This document shows, in pieces, positions 10,872-22,995 of a stretch of DNA of 64,000 nt. The stretch spans positions 7,747-71,746 of the forward strand of contig JAUNOO010000001.1 of assembly GCA_030531095.1 (NCBI GenBank). The letters are read 5' to 3'. This stretch comes from Bacteroidales bacterium. GTDB taxonomy: Bacteria > Bacteroidota > Bacteroidia > Bacteroidales > Bacteroidaceae. The notes under the pieces were generated by a model, which was not told where the DNA came from, did no database searches, and worked only from the letters and a program-made list of their open reading frames with translations. The translations under genes and the position numbers were made by a program. Every line of letters starts with the position of its first letter. Positions within the stretch are counted from its first letter, which is position 1.

Positions 10872-11141
10872 ATGAGTCGTTCATTAAAAAAAGGTCCGTA
10901 CATCGCTGTCTCTTTGGAGAAGAAAATTCTTGCCATGAATGAAAGCGGTAAGAAGAGCGTTGTTAAAACTTGGGCCAGAGCTTCAATGATATCGCCCGAC
11001 TTCGTCGGACATACTGTTGCAGTTCACAACGGTAACAAATTCATTCCTGTCTACGTTACGGAAAACATGGTAGGCCACAAGCTCGGTGAGTTCGCACCCA
11101 CCCGCAAGTTCGGCGGCCACGCTGGTAACAAGAAGAAGTAA
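10872..11141 (+). CDS. rpsS: 30S ribosomal protein S19
   Basis: [22 protein letters not shown]. Confidence 0.99.
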   Translation: MSRSLKKGPYIAVSLEKKILAMNESGKKSVVKTWARASMISPDFVGHTVAVHNGNKFIPVYVTENMVGHKLGEFAPTRKFGGHAGNKKK

Positions 11142-11184
11142 GCAGGATATTTTCATCCAGAATCAAAAAGAAAGAATCAAATAA

Positions 11185-11583
11185 ATGGGAGCTAGAAAAA
11201 GATTAGCGGCTGAAAAAAGAAAAGAAGCCCTTAAGACCCAGTATTTTGCAAAAATGCGAAATGTTCCCTCCTCTCCCCGCAAGATGCGCTACGTCGTTGA
11301 CATGGTGCGCGGCATGGAGGTGAATCGTGCCCTCGGTACGCTCAAGTTCTCGAAGAAGGCTGCATCGCAGGACGTGGAGAAGCTTCTCCGCTCTGCCATC
11401 GCCAACTGGGAACAGAAGAATGATCGTAAGGCTGAAGATGGCGAATTGTTCATAACCAAGATTTTTGTTGATGAGGGTGTGACGCTCAAGCGTATGCGTC
11501 CGGCCCCCCAGGGTAGAGGTTATAGAATTCGTAAACGTTCAAACCACGTAACGCTGTTCGTGGGCACTAAAACTAATGATTAA
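11185..11583 (+). CDS. rplV: 50S ribosomal protein L22
   Basis: [25 protein letters not shown]. Confidence 0.99.
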   Translation: MGARKRLAAEKRKEALKTQYFAKMRNVPSSPRKMRYVVDMVRGMEVNRALGTLKFSKKAASQDVEKLLRSAIANWEQKNDRKAEDGELFITKIFVDEGVTLKRMRPAPQGRGYRIRKRSNHVTLFVGTKTND

Positions 11584-11594
11584 TAGAAAAAAGT

Positions 11595-12326
11595 ATGGGA
11601 CAAAAAGTAAATCCGATAAGTAACCGTCTTGGAATTATTCGTGGCTGGGATTCAAACTGGTACGGTGGTTCTAATTTCGGCGATAACTTGCTTGAGGATA
11701 GCAAAATCCGTAAGTACCTTGATGCTCGTTTGGCTAAGGCTAGCGTTTCGCGCATCGTTATTGAACGTACTCCCAAACTGGTTACTATCACCGTATGCAC
11801 CTCGCGTCCGGGTTTAATCATTGGTAAAGGTGGTCAGGAAGTTGACAAGCTCAAGGAAGAGCTGAAGAACGTGACTGGCAAAGACGTACAGATCAACATC
11901 TTCGAGGTAAAGAAACCCGACCTTGATGCTACCATCGTTGGTAAGAGCATCGCTCGCCAGGTTGAGGGTAAAATTGCCTACCGTCGTGCTATCAAGATGG
12001 CTATCTCGAACGCCATGCACGCTGGTGCCGAAGGTATCAAAATTCAGATTTGCGGACGTCTCAACGGTGCTGAAATGGCCCGTAAGGAGATGTTTAAGGA
12101 AGGCCGCACGCCGCTGCACACTTTCCGCGCCGACATCGACTACTGCCAGACTGAAGCCCTCACGAAGGTGGGTCTGCTCGGTATCAAGGTGTGGATTTGC
12201 CGTGGAGAAGTTTACGGCAAGCGTGACCTGACGCCTAACTTTACGCCTGAGAAGGAAACTGGTCGTGGAAACGGTTACGGCAACGGTGGCCGCAAGTTCC
12301 GTGGCAAAAGAAACAACAACCGCTAA
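11595..12326 (+). CDS. rpsC: 30S ribosomal protein S3
   Basis: [28 protein letters not shown]. Confidence 0.99.
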   Translation: MGQKVNPISNRLGIIRGWDSNWYGGSNFGDNLLEDSKIRKYLDARLAKASVSRIVIERTPKLVTITVCTSRPGLIIGKGGQEVDKLKEELKNVTGKDVQINIFEVKKPDLDATIVGKSIARQVEGKIAYRRAIKMAISNAMHAGAEGIKIQICGRLNGAEMARKEMFKEGRTPLHTFRADIDYCQTEALTKVGLLGIKVWICRGEVYGKRDLTPNFTPEKETGRGNGYGNGGRKFRGKRNNNR

Positions 12327-12351
12327 ATCAAAAGTTTAGACTTAGAGTATT

Positions 12352-12777
12352 ATGTTACAACCGAAAAGAACAAAATACAGAAGACCGCAAAAGGGTCGTT
12401 GCAAAGGTAACGCCCAGCGCGGTAATCAGCTGGCCTTCGGTAGCTTCGGAATCAAGAGCCTTGATACGCATTGGCTGACCGGTCGCCAGATCGAAGCTGC
12501 TCGTATCGCGATGACGCGTTACATGCAGCGTGAAGGACAGAGCTGGATTCGCATCTTCCCTGACAAACCTATCACGAAGAAGCCTGCCGACGTCCGCATG
12601 GGTAAGGGTAAGGGTGACCCCGTAGGATACGTGTTCCCCATTACCCCGGGCCGCATCATCTTTGAGATTGAAGGTGTACCTTTTGAAGTAGCCAAGGAGG
12701 CTCTCCGTCTTGCTGCTCAGAAGCTCCCTGTGACCACGAAATTTATTGTTAGACACGACTACGACCAAAACGCCTGA
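12352..12777 (+). CDS. rplP: 50S ribosomal protein L16
   Basis: [17 protein letters not shown]. Confidence 0.99.
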   Translation: MLQPKRTKYRRPQKGRCKGNAQRGNQLAFGSFGIKSLDTHWLTGRQIEAARIAMTRYMQREGQSWIRIFPDKPITKKPADVRMGKGKGDPVGYVFPITPGRIIFEIEGVPFEVAKEALRLAAQKLPVTTKFIVRHDYDQNA

Positions 12778-12779
12778 TT

Positions 12780-12974
12780 ATGAAGATTGCAGAAATTAGA
12801 CAAATCCCGGCCAACGAACTGGCTGAGAGATTGGATGCTGAGGTTGCAAAGTATAACCAAATGCTGCTCAACCACAGCGTTTCCCCTCTGGAGAATCCTT
12901 CTCAGATCAAGGCAACTCGTCGTACGATTGCTAGGATGAAGACTGTGTTGAGAGAAATTGAGCTTAACAAATAA
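12780..12974 (+). CDS. rpmC: 50S ribosomal protein L29
   Basis: [16 protein letters not shown]; operon position. Confidence 0.97.
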   Translation: MKIAEIRQIPANELAERLDAEVAKYNQMLLNHSVSPLENPSQIKATRRTIARMKTVLREIELNK

Positions 12975-12976
12975 TA

Positions 12977-13243
12977 ATGGTCCAGATGGAAGCTAGAAAT
13001 TTAAGAAAGACAAGACAGGGTGTTGTTGTCAGCACGAAGATGGAGAAAACCATTGTTGTTGCCACCAAGTTCAAGGAGAAGCACCCTATTTATGGTAAAT
13101 TTGTCTCCAAGACGAAGAAGTATCACGTTCACGACGAGAAGAACGACTGCAACGTAGGCGATACGGTGCTGATTATGGAAACTCGTCCCTTGAGCAAGAC
13201 TAAGCGTTGGAGAGTTGTAGAAATTGTAGAAAGAGCTAAGTAA
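12977..13243 (+). CDS. rpsQ: 30S ribosomal protein S17 (start may be 12986)
   Basis: [17 protein letters not shown]. Confidence 0.97.
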   Translation: MVQMEARNLRKTRQGVVVSTKMEKTIVVATKFKEKHPIYGKFVSKTKKYHVHDEKNDCNVGDTVLIMETRPLSKTKRWRVVEIVERAK

Positions 13244-13245
13244 TT

Positions 13246-13611
13246 ATGATACAAGCAGAATCCAGACTTACAGTAGCTGATAATAGCGGTGCTCGCGAAG
13301 CGCTGTGCATCCGTGTACTGGGTGGCACGAAGCGTCGTTATGCTTCTGTCGGCGATGTGATTGTCGTTTCTGTCAAGAACGTCATTCCGTCGAGTGATAT
13401 TAAAAAAGGTGCCGTATCTAAGGCTTTGATTGTACGTACGAAGAAGGAAATCCGTCGTGCTGACGGCTCCTATATCCGTTTTGATGATAATGCTTGCGTC
13501 CTCCTCAACAACGCAGGCGAGCTCCGCGGCAGCCGTATCTTTGGCCCCGTGGCACGTGAGTTGCGCGCAGTCAACATGAAGGTCGTATCATTGGCACCCG
13601 AGGTTCTTTAA
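13246..13611 (+). CDS. rplN: 50S ribosomal protein L14
   Basis: [24 protein letters not shown]. Confidence 0.99.
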   Translation: MIQAESRLTVADNSGAREALCIRVLGGTKRRYASVGDVIVVSVKNVIPSSDIKKGAVSKALIVRTKKEIRRADGSYIRFDDNACVLLNNAGELRGSRIFGPVARELRAVNMKVVSLAPEVL

Positions 13612-13634
13612 TCCAGTAAAAACTGAAAATCGTA

Positions 13635-13955
13635 ATGGCTAAATTACATATCAAAAAAGGCGATACCGTCTACGTTAACGCTGGTGAGGACAAGGGCAAG
13701 ACTGGTAAGGTTCTTAAGGTTCTTGTAGAGAAGCAGCGCGCTATCGTTGAAGGTCTCAATATGGTTTCTAAGAGTCAGAAGCCCAGTGCCAAGAATCCGC
13801 AAGGTGGCATCGTGAAGATGGAGGCTCCTATTCACATCTCTAATTTGAACGTGTTGGATCCCAAGAGTGGTAAGCCGACTCGCATTGGCCGTCGCAAGAA
13901 CGAGGCTGGCAAGTTGGTACGTTATGCAAAAAAATCAGGAGAGGAGATTAAGTAA
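13635..13955 (+). CDS. rplX: 50S ribosomal protein L24
   Basis: KKGDTV..GEDKGK KOW motif, EAPIHISN. Confidence 0.99.
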   Translation: MAKLHIKKGDTVYVNAGEDKGKTGKVLKVLVEKQRAIVEGLNMVSKSQKPSAKNPQGGIVKMEAPIHISNLNVLDPKSGKPTRIGRRKNEAGKLVRYAKKSGEEIK

Positions 13956-14512
13956 TGAGTAATACAGCAAGCCTTAAGAAGGAATATGCCGAGCGCATTG
14001 CGCCGGCTCTGAAGAAGCAGTTCAACTACACTTCTTCTATGCAAATCCCCGTGCTCAAGAAGATTGTTATCAATCAGGGTTTGGGTATTGCCACTGCCGA
14101 CAAGAAGATTATTGACGTTGCAGTCAATGAACTGACGGCAATTACTGGCCAGAAGGCCGTCCCCACGGTTTCCCGCAAGGACGTCGCTAACTTCAAGCTT
14201 CGTAAGAAGATGCCTATCGGCGTGATGGTAACTCTGCGCCGTGAGCGTATGTATGAATTCCTTGAGAAGCTGGTGCGCGTGGCTCTGCCCCGTATCCGTG
14301 ACTTCAAGGGTATCGAGAGCAAGTTTGACGGTCGTGGTAACTACACGCTCGGTATTCAGGAGCAGATTATCTTCCCTGAAATCAACATCGACACGATTGA
14401 CCGCATCCTCGGTATGAACATCACGTTTGTAACTACGGCTCCGACCGACGAAGAGGGCTACGCTCTCCTCAAAGAGTTCGGACTTCCTTTCAAAAACGCT
14501 AACAACAAGTAA
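13955..14512 (+). CDS. rplE: 50S ribosomal protein L5
   Basis: [19 protein letters not shown]. Confidence 0.99.
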   Translation: MSNTASLKKEYAERIAPALKKQFNYTSSMQIPVLKKIVINQGLGIATADKKIIDVAVNELTAITGQKAVPTVSRKDVANFKLRKKMPIGVMVTLRRERMYEFLEKLVRVALPRIRDFKGIESKFDGRGNYTLGIQEQIIFPEINIDTIDRILGMNITFVTTAPTDEEGYALLKEFGLPFKNANNK

Positions 14513-14517
14513 TTGAT

Positions 14518-14820
14518 ATGGCAAAAGAATCTATGAAGGCTCGTGAAGTGAAGAGAGCCAAATTAGTAGCCAAGTATGCCGCCAAGCGTGCAGCGTTGAA
14601 AGAGATTGTAAACAAGTCGAATGATCCTGTTGAAGCTTATGAGGCAGCTCGTAAGCTCCAGGAGATTCCCCGCAATGCCAATCCTATCCGTCTGCACAAC
14701 CGTTGCAAGGTTACGGGTCGCCCCAAAGGTTATATCCGCCTCTTCGGTCTTTCTCGTATCCAGTTCCGCGAGATGGCTTCCAACGGTCTCATCCCTGGCG
14801 TAAAGAAAGCAAGTTGGTAA
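14518..14820 (+). CDS. rpsN: 30S ribosomal protein S14 (long, zinc-independent type)
   Basis: [18 protein letters not shown]; no CxxC pairs. Confidence 0.99.
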   Translation: MAKESMKAREVKRAKLVAKYAAKRAALKEIVNKSNDPVEAYEAARKLQEIPRNANPIRLHNRCKVTGRPKGYIRLFGLSRIQFREMASNGLIPGVKKASW

Positions 14821-14876
14821 ATTCCATTATTTTTTAATATTGTCGGGGCAGTCCCGATTAATTAAACAACATTTTT

Positions 14877-15272
14877 ATGACTGATCCAATAGCAGATTAT
14901 TTGACGCGGTTGCGCAACGCCATCCAGGCCAAGCATCGTGTGGTAGAAGTGCCCGCATCAAATTTGAAGAAGGACATCACGAAAATCCTTTTCGAAAAGG
15001 GTTACATCCTCAACTACAAGTTTGAGGAGGACGGTCCTCAGGGTACAATCAAAATCGCTCTGAAGTATAATCCTCAGAGCAAGGTCAACGCTATCAAGAG
15101 CTTGACCCGCGTGTCTACTCCGGGTATGCGTAAGTACACGGGTTACCGCGAAATGCCGAGAGTTATTAACGGACTTGGTATTGCTATCATTTCCACGTCC
15201 AAGGGTGTTATGACTGACAAAGAGGCTTCCGAACTGAAGATCGGTGGTGAAGTTCTTTGCTACGTTTACTAA
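14877..15272 (+). CDS. rpsH: 30S ribosomal protein S8
   Basis: DPIADYLTRLRNA, STSKGVMT, GGEVL. Confidence 0.99.
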   Translation: MTDPIADYLTRLRNAIQAKHRVVEVPASNLKKDITKILFEKGYILNYKFEEDGPQGTIKIALKYNPQSKVNAIKSLTRVSTPGMRKYTGYREMPRVINGLGIAIISTSKGVMTDKEASELKIGGEVLCYVY

Positions 15273-15287
15273 TTTAGGAGGAACAAC

Positions 15288-15857
15288 ATGTCTAGAATAG
15301 GTAAATTGCCGATTAACATCCCTGCAGGTGTAACTGTCACCGTGCAGGATAATGTAGTGTCTGTGAAAGGACCGAAGGGTGAGTTGAGCCAAGCTGTCAA
15401 TCCTTCTATCAAAGTAAACATTGAGAACAACGAGATCACTTTTGCTATCGACGAGGCTAACGACACTGTCGAGTTGAAGCAGAAGCAGGCCTACCATGGT
15501 CTCTACAGAGCACTGGTCAACAACATGGTTGTAGGTGTGTCTGAGGGCTACAAGAAGGAAATGGAGCTTGTCGGCGTTGGTTATCGTGTATCCAACCAGG
15601 GCAACATCGTGGAATTCGCTTTGGGTTACACCCACAGCATCTTCCTCCAGCTCCCGGCCGAGATCAAGGTTGAGACAAAGACTGAAAGAAATAAGAACCC
15701 GTATATTTGCCTTGAGTCTTGCGACAAGCAGCTCCTGGGTCTTGTATGTGCTAAAATTCGTTCTTTCCGTAAGCCTGAACCTTACAAGGGCAAGGGTATT
15801 TTGTACATTGGCGAACAGATTCGCAGAAAGTCTGGTAAGTCGGCTGGTGCTAAATAA
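15288..15857 (+). CDS. rplF: 50S ribosomal protein L6
   Basis: MSRIGKLPI, PEPYKGKG. Confidence 0.99.
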   Translation: MSRIGKLPINIPAGVTVTVQDNVVSVKGPKGELSQAVNPSIKVNIENNEITFAIDEANDTVELKQKQAYHGLYRALVNNMVVGVSEGYKKEMELVGVGYRVSNQGNIVEFALGYTHSIFLQLPAEIKVETKTERNKNPYICLESCDKQLLGLVCAKIRSFRKPEPYKGKGILYIGEQIRRKSGKSAGAK

Positions 15858-15875
15858 TTTTAAGGAGATAAGATT

Positions 15876-16220
15876 ATGACAACGAAAAAAGAACAGAGAC
15901 GCATCAAAATTAAATATCGGGTACGCAATAAGATTTCTGGTACTGCAGAGTGCCCGCGTTTGACCGTGTTCAGAAGCAACAAGCAGATCTACGTTCAGAT
16001 TATCAACGACGAGACTTCTTCTACGCTTGTGGCTGCATCTTCTCTCGGCATGGAAGCCATGCCCAAGAAGGAACAGGCTGCTAAGGTCGGTGAGGCTGTT
16101 GCCAAGAAGGCGATCGAAGCTGGAATCACGAAAGTCGTTTTCGATAGAAATGGCTATTTGTATCATGGCCGTGTAAAGGAAGTTGCTGACGGTGCACGTA
16201 ACGGTGGACTTAAATTCTAA
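15876..16220 (+). CDS. rplR: 50S ribosomal protein L18
   Basis: [21 protein letters not shown]. Confidence 0.99.
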   Translation: MTTKKEQRRIKIKYRVRNKISGTAECPRLTVFRSNKQIYVQIINDETSSTLVAASSLGMEAMPKKEQAAKVGEAVAKKAIEAGITKVVFDRNGYLYHGRVKEVADGARNGGLKF

Positions 16221-16733
16221 ATGATTATGGCAAACAGAGTAATAGTTAATAGCGAAGAATTAAAGGATAGACTCGTTGCTATCAATCGTGTAGTTAAGGT
16301 CACCAAGGGTGGTCGCACATTTACCTTTGCTGCAATCGTCGTTGTCGGCGACGGCAAGGGCGTGATTGGCTACGGTCTCGGTAAGGCAGGCGAAGTTACG
16401 GCTGCTATTGCCAAGGGCGTTGAAGCCGCTAAGAAGAATCTGATTAAGGTTCCCGTCATCAAGGGTACGGTTCCCCACGAGCAGGCTGCTCGCTTCGGTG
16501 GTGCAGAGGTCATCATCCTCCCCGCTTCTGAAGGTACTGGAGTTGTGGCTGGTGGCGCTATGCGTGCTGTGCTGGATAGTGTAGGTATCAAGGACGTTTT
16601 GGCTAAGTCTAAGGGTTCTTCCAACCCCCACAATCTGGTGAAAGCTACGATTTTGGCCTTGAGCGAGATGCGTGACGCCAGAACCGTCGCTCAGCATCGC
16701 GGTATATCTATGGAAAAAGTATTCAGAGGATAA
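16221..16733 (+). CDS. rpsE: 30S ribosomal protein S5 (start may be 16227)
   Basis: [15 protein letters not shown]. Confidence 0.98.
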   Translation: MIMANRVIVNSEELKDRLVAINRVVKVTKGGRTFTFAAIVVVGDGKGVIGYGLGKAGEVTAAIAKGVEAAKKNLIKVPVIKGTVPHEQAARFGGAEVIILPASEGTGVVAGGAMRAVLDSVGIKDVLAKSKGSSNPHNLVKATILALSEMRDARTVAQHRGISMEKVFRG

Positions 16734-16739
16734 ACGACT

Positions 16740-16916
16740 ATGGCAACGATAAAGATTAAGCAAGTAAAGAGCAGAATCGGTGCTCCCAGTGATCAGAAGC
16801 GAACGCTCAATGCTTTGGGCCTGACGAAGTTGAACCACATCGTGGAGAAGGAGGATTCTCCTGCACTCCAGGGTATGATCAACAAGGTTCGCCATTTGGT
16901 AAAAGTCGTAGACTAA
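16740..16916 (+). CDS. rpmD: 50S ribosomal protein L30 (58 aa; not in ORF track)
   Basis: Hand translation [28 protein letters not shown]...[14 protein letters not shown]. Confidence 0.97.
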   Translation: MATIKIKQVKSRIGAPSDQKRTLNALGLTKLNHIVEKEDSPALQGMINKVRHLVKVVD

Positions 16917-16938
16917 TTTAAATACTAAAACGAAAGTC

Positions 16939-17385
16939 ATGAAATTACATACTTTAAAGCCCGCCAACGGTTCAACCCACTCTCGCAAGCGTATCGGACG
17001 TGGTCCGGGTTCTGGAATGGGTGGTACCTCTACGCGTGGTCACAAAGGTGCCAAGCAGCGTTCTGGCTACAGCAAGAAGATCGGTTTTGAAGGTGGACAG
17101 ATGCCTTTGCAGCGTCGTTTGCCGAAGTTTGGTTTCAAGAACATCAACCGCGTTGAGTACAAGGCTATCAACATCTCCACGCTCCAGGCTCTCGCAGAGG
17201 CCAAGAACCTCTCGAAGATTGGTATCGAGGAATTGGTTGCTGCCGGTTACATCTCTTCTTCTCAGTTGGTGAAGATTCTTGGAAACGGCGAGCTTACCCT
17301 CAAGCTTGATGTAGAAGCTAACGCTTTCTCCAAGAGTGCTGAAGCCGCTATTCAGGCTGCTGGCGGAACTGCAACGAAAATCTAA
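16939..17385 (+). CDS. rplO: 50S ribosomal protein L15
   Basis: [22 protein letters not shown]. Confidence 0.99.
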   Translation: MKLHTLKPANGSTHSRKRIGRGPGSGMGGTSTRGHKGAKQRSGYSKKIGFEGGQMPLQRRLPKFGFKNINRVEYKAINISTLQALAEAKNLSKIGIEELVAAGYISSSQLVKILGNGELTLKLDVEANAFSKSAEAAIQAAGGTATKI

Positions 17386-17399
17386 CAAAGTCTCAACAA

Positions 17400-18749
17400 A
17401 TGAAGAAAATAATCGAGACTATCAAGAACATTTGGAGAATTGAGGATTTGAGAGTTCGAATCCTCATCACTCTCCTTTTTGTCGCCGTCTATCGTTTTGG
17501 CTCCTTCGTAGTGCTTCCGGGCATCGACCCTGGTACTAACGGACTTCAGGGCCTGCGCGACCAGACCAGTGAAGGCTTGATGTCCCTGCTGAACATGTTC
17601 TCGGGTGGTGCATTCTCTAACGCCTCTGTGTTCGCGTTGGGAATCATGCCCTACATCTCAGCGTCCATCGTCATCCAGCTCCTGGCCATCGCCGTGCCCT
17701 ACTTCCAGAAGATGCAGCGCGAAGGCGAAAGTGGCCGAAGGAAGATCAACCAGTACACGCGCTGGCTCACAATTGCCATCCTCGTGTTCCAGGCTCCCGC
17801 CTACCTGATCAACCTTCACAACCAGGTTGGTGGTGCTTTCCGCGTCGATATGGGCGTGTGGTTCATGGTCTCGTCTACGGTTCTCCTTGCTGCAGGCAGC
17901 ATGTTTATCCTGTGGTTGGGTGAGCGTATCACCGACAAAGGCGTCGGCAACGGTGTGTCCCTCATCATCATGATCGGTATCATCGCCCGTCTGCCCGAGG
18001 CATTGGGTCAGGAATTTGTGAATGCACTTTCCGGCAGCCAAGGTGGTGGACTTGTAAAGTTCCTCTTCGAGATCATCGCATTGCTCTTCGTGATGGCACT
18101 TGCCATCTTGTTGGTAAAGGCTACCCGTAAGGTTCCCGTTCAGTATGCCAAGCGCGTTGAAGGTAACAAGCAATATGGCGGCGCCCGCCAGTATATCCCC
18201 CTGAAGCTGTTTGCTGCAAATGTGATGCCTATCATCTTTGCACAGGCCATCATGTTCATCCCCCTCACCATTGTGTCAGCATCCGCAGATGCCAACTCAA
18301 GCGGTTTCTGGATGAGCTTCAGCGACCACACGAGCGTGCCTTACAATATCGTTTTGGTTGTCTTGATTATCGCCTTCACGTATTTCTACACGGCCATCAC
18401 CCTCAACCCGGTGCAGATGGCAGAGGATATGAAGCGCAACAACGGCTTTATCCCCGGCGTGAAGCCTGGTAAAGCCACGGCCGACTACCTCGACACCGTG
18501 ATGTCGCGCATCCTCCTCCCCGGTTCACTGTTCATCTCTGTCATTGCCATTCTGCCCGCATTCGCAGGTGTGTTTGGTGTCAGCCAGGGCTTTGCACAGT
18601 TCTTCGGAGGAACCTCGCTGCTCATCCTTGTAGGTGTAGTCCTCGACACGCTCCAGCAAATCGAGAGCCACCTGCTCGTAAGGCGTTATGACGGCCTGCT
18701 GAATTCCGGTCACGTGCGTTCACATTCAAGTAGAGTTTCTGCCTACTAG
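17400..18749 (+). CDS. secY: Preprotein translocase subunit SecY
   Basis: ALGIMPYISASI, FIPGVKPG, GGTSLLI. Confidence 0.99.
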   Translation: MKKIIETIKNIWRIEDLRVRILITLLFVAVYRFGSFVVLPGIDPGTNGLQGLRDQTSEGLMSLLNMFSGGAFSNASVFALGIMPYISASIVIQLLAIAVPYFQKMQREGESGRRKINQYTRWLTIAILVFQAPAYLINLHNQVGGAFRVDMGVWFMVSSTVLLAAGSMFILWLGERITDKGVGNGVSLIIMIGIIARLPEALGQEFVNALSGSQGGGLVKFLFEIIALLFVMALAILLVKATRKVPVQYAKRVEGNKQYGGARQYIPLKLFAANVMPIIFAQAIMFIPLTIVSASADANSSGFWMSFSDHTSVPYNIVLVVLIIAFTYFYTAITLNPVQMAEDMKRNNGFIPGVKPGKATADYLDTVMSRILLPGSLFISVIAILPAFAGVFGVSQGFAQFFGGTSLLILVGVVLDTLQQIESHLLVRRYDGLLNSGHVRSHSSRVSAY

Positions 18750-18760
18750 TCCAGTGCGGA

Positions 18761-19555
18761 ATGATTTATTTGAAGACAGATGATGAAATCGAGCTGTTGC
18801 GCAAAGCCAATCTCCTGGTCAGCGCCACACTCACTGAAATAGCTAAAGTTGTTCGTCCAGGAGTGACCACACGACAGTTGGACACACTGGCCGAACAATT
18901 CATCAGAGACCACGGTGCAATCCCCACCTTCAAGGGTTTCCCCAATCCTTTCGGTCCTGAGTTTCCCGCCTCCATCTGCACCTCAGTCAATGAGGTCGTA
19001 GTGCACGGCATCCCCAACGATGTCCCCCTCAAGGAGGGCGATATTGTTTCCGTAGATTGCGGTACACTGCTCGAAGGCTTCTGCGGCGACTCCTGCTACA
19101 CATTCTGTGTCGGCGAAGTAGCACCCGAAGTCAAGGCCCTCCTCCAGACGACCAAGGAGTCGCTCTACAAGGCCATCGAGCAAGCCCTTCCGGGCAAGCG
19201 CTTGGGCGACATCGGCTACGCCGTCCAGTCCCACTGCGAAACCCAGGGTTATGGAATCGTGCGCGAGTTTGTCGGTCATGGCATCGGTCATGACATGCAC
19301 GAAGACCCGCAAGTCCCCAACTACGGCACCCGCGGTAGCGGCAAGCAAATCAAGAACGGGCTTTGCATCGCCATTGAGCCGATGGTCACGATGGGTTCGC
19401 CCGCTCTGTTCATGCTCGAAGACCGTTGGGGAGTAGTCACCAAGGACGGCAAGCCCGCTGCTCATTTCGAGCACACCATTGCCATCCATAACGGGAAGGC
19501 TGACATCATGTCATCATTTGAACAAATCGAAGAAGCAGAAAGACAGAATAGATAA
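18761..19555 (+). CDS. map: Methionine aminopeptidase type I
   Basis: [26 protein letters not shown]. Confidence 0.97.
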   Translation: MIYLKTDDEIELLRKANLLVSATLTEIAKVVRPGVTTRQLDTLAEQFIRDHGAIPTFKGFPNPFGPEFPASICTSVNEVVVHGIPNDVPLKEGDIVSVDCGTLLEGFCGDSCYTFCVGEVAPEVKALLQTTKESLYKAIEQALPGKRLGDIGYAVQSHCETQGYGIVREFVGHGIGHDMHEDPQVPNYGTRGSGKQIKNGLCIAIEPMVTMGSPALFMLEDRWGVVTKDGKPAAHFEHTIAIHNGKADIMSSFEQIEEAERQNR

Positions 19556-19560
19556 TCTCT

Positions 19561-19779
19561 ATGGCCAAACAAACCGCAATTGAGCAAGACGGCACCATCG
19601 TGGAGGCATTGAGCAATGCCATGTTCCGCGTAGAGCTTGAGAACGGGCACGAAATCACTGCCCACATTTCCGGTAAGATGCGTATGCACTACATCAAAAT
19701 CCTTCCCGGCGACAAGGTGAAGGTAGAGATGAGTCCCTACGATCTTTCCAAAGGTCGCATCGTGTTTAGATACAAATAA
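19561..19779 (+). CDS. infA: Translation initiation factor IF-1
   Basis: [17 protein letters not shown]. Confidence 0.99.
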   Translation: MAKQTAIEQDGTIVEALSNAMFRVELENGHEITAHISGKMRMHYIKILPGDKVKVEMSPYDLSKGRIVFRYK

Positions 19780-19792
19780 AAGAAAAAAAGAT

Positions 19793-19909
19793 ATGAAGAC
19801 TAGAGCATCTTTGAAGAAGCGGACGGCAGACTGCAAAATCGTGCGTCGTAAGGGTCGTCTGTTCGTGATTAACAAAAAGAACCCCAAGTTTAAAATGCGT
19901 CAGGGGTAA
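19793..19909 (+). CDS. rpmJ: 50S ribosomal protein L36, zinc-independent type (38 aa; not in ORF track)
   Basis: Hand translation [38 protein letters not shown]. Confidence 0.97.
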   Translation: MKTRASLKKRTADCKIVRRKGRLFVINKKNPKFKMRQG

Positions 19910-19939
19910 TTCCGTTTTCGCAAATAATTAAAATCGTAT

Positions 19940-20320
19940 ATGGCAATAAGAATTGTTGGTGTAGATTTGCCTCAGAACAAGCGAGGCGAAATCGCTTTGA
20001 CCTATATCTACGGTATAGGTCGCAGTAGTTCGGCTAAAATCTTAGATAAGGCCGGCATAGACAGAGATCTTAAAGTTAAGGATTGGACCGATGACCAAGC
20101 CGCTAAGATCCGTGAAATCATCGGCGCTGAATACAAGGTTGAGGGTGACCTCCGTTCCGAAATTCAGTTGAACATCAAGCGCCTGATGGACATTGGTTGC
20201 TATCGTGGCGTCCGCCATCGTATTGGTTTGCCTGTTCGCGGCCAGAGCACGAAGAACAACGCTCGTACGCGCAAGGGTCGCAAGAAGACTGTCGCTAACA
20301 AGAAAAAAGCTACTAAATAA
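19940..20320 (+). CDS. rpsM: 30S ribosomal protein S13
   Basis: [19 protein letters not shown]. Confidence 0.99.
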   Translation: MAIRIVGVDLPQNKRGEIALTYIYGIGRSSSAKILDKAGIDRDLKVKDWTDDQAAKIREIIGAEYKVEGDLRSEIQLNIKRLMDIGCYRGVRHRIGLPVRGQSTKNNARTRKGRKKTVANKKKATK

Positions 20321-20332
20321 TAAATAGAAGAT

Positions 20333-20722
20333 ATGGCAAAGAAAACAGTCGCAGCTAAGAAAAGAAATGTAAAGGTTGACGCTATGGGTCAGTTGCATGT
20401 TCATAGCTCCTTCAACAATATCATCGTATCTTTGGCTAATAGCGAGGGCCAGATCATCTCTTGGTCGTCCGCTGGTAAGATGGGTTTCCGCGGTTCTAAG
20501 AAGAACACGCCGTATGCAGCCCAGATGGCCGCTCAGGATTGCGCCAAAGTAGCTTACGATTTGGGTCTTCGCAAGGTGAAGGCATACGTCAAGGGTCCGG
20601 GCAACGGTCGTGAGTCCGCCATCCGTGCCTGCCATGGTGCCGGCATCGAAGTAACCGAGATTATCGACGTTACCCCGCTGCCCCACAACGGCTGCCGCCC
20701 TCCCAAGAGAAGAAGAGTATAA
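20333..20722 (+). CDS. rpsK: 30S ribosomal protein S11
   Basis: [22 protein letters not shown]. Confidence 0.99.
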   Translation: MAKKTVAAKKRNVKVDAMGQLHVHSSFNNIIVSLANSEGQIISWSSAGKMGFRGSKKNTPYAAQMAAQDCAKVAYDLGLRKVKAYVKGPGNGRESAIRACHGAGIEVTEIIDVTPLPHNGCRPPKRRRV

Positions 20723-20766
20723 CACATACATTTCACTGTAACGCATAAATATAATAGAAATAAAAT

Positions 20767-21375
20767 ATGGCTAGATATATTGGACCCAAGTCTCGTATTG
20801 CCCGCAGATTCGGGGAGGCGATTTTCGGTGCTGACAAAGTACTTTCCAAGCGCAACTTCCCTCCTGGTCAGCATGGTAACTCCCGTCGTCGCAAGACCTC
20901 TGAGTACGGTGTCATGTTGGCTGAAAAGCAGAAGGCAAAGTACACTTACGGTGTATTGGAGAAGCAGTTCCGCAATTTGTTCGAAAAGGCAGCCCGTTCC
21001 AACGGCATTACCGGTGAGTTGCTCCTCCAGGCACTCGAATGCCGTCTCGACAACGTCGTATATCGTCTTGGCATCGCCCCCACGCGTTCCGCAGCCCGTC
21101 AGCTTGTCAACCACAAGCACATCACGGTCGACGGCAAGGTAGTCAACATTGCTTCCTACAGCGTAAAGCCCGGCCAGATTGTTGCTGTCCGCGAACGCTC
21201 CAAGTCTCTCGAAGTCATTGCCGACGCACTGGCAGGATTCAACCACAGCAAGTATCCTTGGATTGAGTGGGACGAAAACGTGAAGGGGGGTAAGCTTCTG
21301 CACAAGCCCGAACGCGCCGACATCCCTGAGAACATCAAGGAGCAGCTGATTGTCGAGTTGTACTCTAAAAACTAA
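20767..21375 (+). CDS. rpsD: 30S ribosomal protein S4
   Basis: [19 protein letters not shown]. Confidence 0.99.
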   Translation: MARYIGPKSRIARRFGEAIFGADKVLSKRNFPPGQHGNSRRRKTSEYGVMLAEKQKAKYTYGVLEKQFRNLFEKAARSNGITGELLLQALECRLDNVVYRLGIAPTRSAARQLVNHKHITVDGKVVNIASYSVKPGQIVAVRERSKSLEVIADALAGFNHSKYPWIEWDENVKGGKLLHKPERADIPENIKEQLIVELYSKN

Positions 21376-21392
21376 TTAAAATACGATTATTC

Positions 21393-22418
21393 ATGGCGAT
21401 ATTAGCATTTCAAAAACCTGATAAAGTAATAATGTTGGAGAACGACTCCAAGTACGGAAAGTTTGAGTTCCGTCCTTTGGAGCCGGGTTTCGGCACTACT
21501 GTCGGAAATGCACTACGTCGCATCCTGCTCTCTTCGCTGGAGGGTTTCGCCATCAACGCCATCAAGATTGAAGGTGTTGAGCACGAGTTTGCCTCTGTTC
21601 CTGGAGTGCGCGAAGACGTAACCAACATTATACTCAACCTGAAGCAGGTACGCTTCAAACGTTTAGTCGAAGAGTTCGAAACTGAGAAAGTAAGCATCAA
21701 TGTAGCCAACACCCTTGAGTTCAAGGCCGGCGACATTGGCAAATGCCTTACTGGATTTGAAGTGTTAAATCCGGACCTGGTGATTTGTCACCTCGAGCCC
21801 AAAGCCACGATGCAGATTGATTTGAATATCAATAAAGGCCGCGGATATGTTCCTGCCGAAGAGAACAGAGAGCTCTTCGTCGACAAGAACGACCGATTCA
21901 AGGACAGCTTTGATATTCACACAATTCCAATCGATTCAATTTACACCCCTATCCGTAACGTGAAGTACACGGTTGAGCCCTATCGTGTCGCCCAGAAGAC
22001 CGACTACGACAAGCTCACCATCGAAATCACGACGGACGGTTCCATCCAGCCCAAGGATGCACTGCGCGAGACCGCCAAAATCCTCATCCAGCACTTCTCC
22101 CTGCTTGCCGACGACAAGAGCATCACTTTCGACGACCAGGCAAAGGTGGACAATGAAGAGTTCGACGAGGAAGTTCTCCACATGCGTCAGCTGCTCAAGA
22201 CAAAGCTCATCGACATGGACCTCTCGGTTCGTGCCCTGAACTGCTTGAAGGCTGCCGACGTCGAGACGCTTGGCGATTTGGTTCAGTTCAACAAGAACGA
22301 CCTCCTCAAGTTCCGCAACTTTGGTAAGAAATCGCTCTCCGAGCTTGATGATTTGCTCGAGGGTCTGAATCTGTCGTTTGGAACCGACATTTCTAAGTAT
22401 AAATTAGATAAAGAATAA
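21393..22418 (+). CDS. rpoA: RNA polymerase subunit alpha
   Basis: [31 protein letters not shown]. Confidence 0.99.
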   Translation: MAILAFQKPDKVIMLENDSKYGKFEFRPLEPGFGTTVGNALRRILLSSLEGFAINAIKIEGVEHEFASVPGVREDVTNIILNLKQVRFKRLVEEFETEKVSINVANTLEFKAGDIGKCLTGFEVLNPDLVICHLEPKATMQIDLNINKGRGYVPAEENRELFVDKNDRFKDSFDIHTIPIDSIYTPIRNVKYTVEPYRVAQKTDYDKLTIEITTDGSIQPKDALRETAKILIQHFSLLADDKSITFDDQAKVDNEEFDEEVLHMRQLLKTKLIDMDLSVRALNCLKAADVETLGDLVQFNKNDLLKFRNFGKKSLSELDDLLEGLNLSFGTDISKYKLDKE

Positions 22419-22426
22419 ACTGAAAA

Positions 22427-22960
22427 ATGAGACACAATAAGAAATTCAACCATCTGAGCCGTACTGCTTCTCACCGCGCAGCCATGCTTTCCAACATGGC
22501 CTGCTCCCTGATCAAGCACAAAAGAATCACTACGACTCTGGCAAAGGCCAAGGCACTCAAGAAGTACGTTGAGCCGCTCATCACGAAGAGCAAGAACGAC
22601 ACGACCAATTCCCGTCGTGTAGTCTTCAGCTATCTTCAGGACAAGTATGCAGTGACCGAGCTGTTCAAGGAAATCTCCGTCAAGGTCGCCGACCGTCCGG
22701 GTGGCTACACTCGTATCATCAAGACCGGCTTCCGTGCCAGCGACGCTGCCGAGATGTGCTTCATCGAGTTGGTAGACTACGATGAGAACATGGCAAAGAC
22801 GCAGAAGAAGGCTACGCGCACCCGTCGTTCCAAGAAGTCTGCCGCCGCTGAAGCTCCCGCAGCCGAAGCCGCAGCAGTTGAAACGACTGCCGCAGAAGCA
22901 CCTGCAGCAGAGGCTCCCGCAGCTGAAGCCACTGAGGCCGAAGCCCCCAAGGCTGAATAA
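22427..22960 (+). CDS. rplQ: 50S ribosomal protein L17 with Ala/Glu/Pro-rich tail
   Basis: [14 protein letters not shown]; C-terminal AEAPA repeats. Confidence 0.99.
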   Translation: MRHNKKFNHLSRTASHRAAMLSNMACSLIKHKRITTTLAKAKALKKYVEPLITKSKNDTTNSRRVVFSYLQDKYAVTELFKEISVKVADRPGGYTRIIKTGFRASDAAEMCFIELVDYDENMAKTQKKATRTRRSKKSAAAEAPAAEAAAVETTAAEAPAAEAPAAEATEAEAPKAE

Positions 22961-22995
22961 AAGTCACAGGCGTCTCTACAACGGACGTTCCTTAC

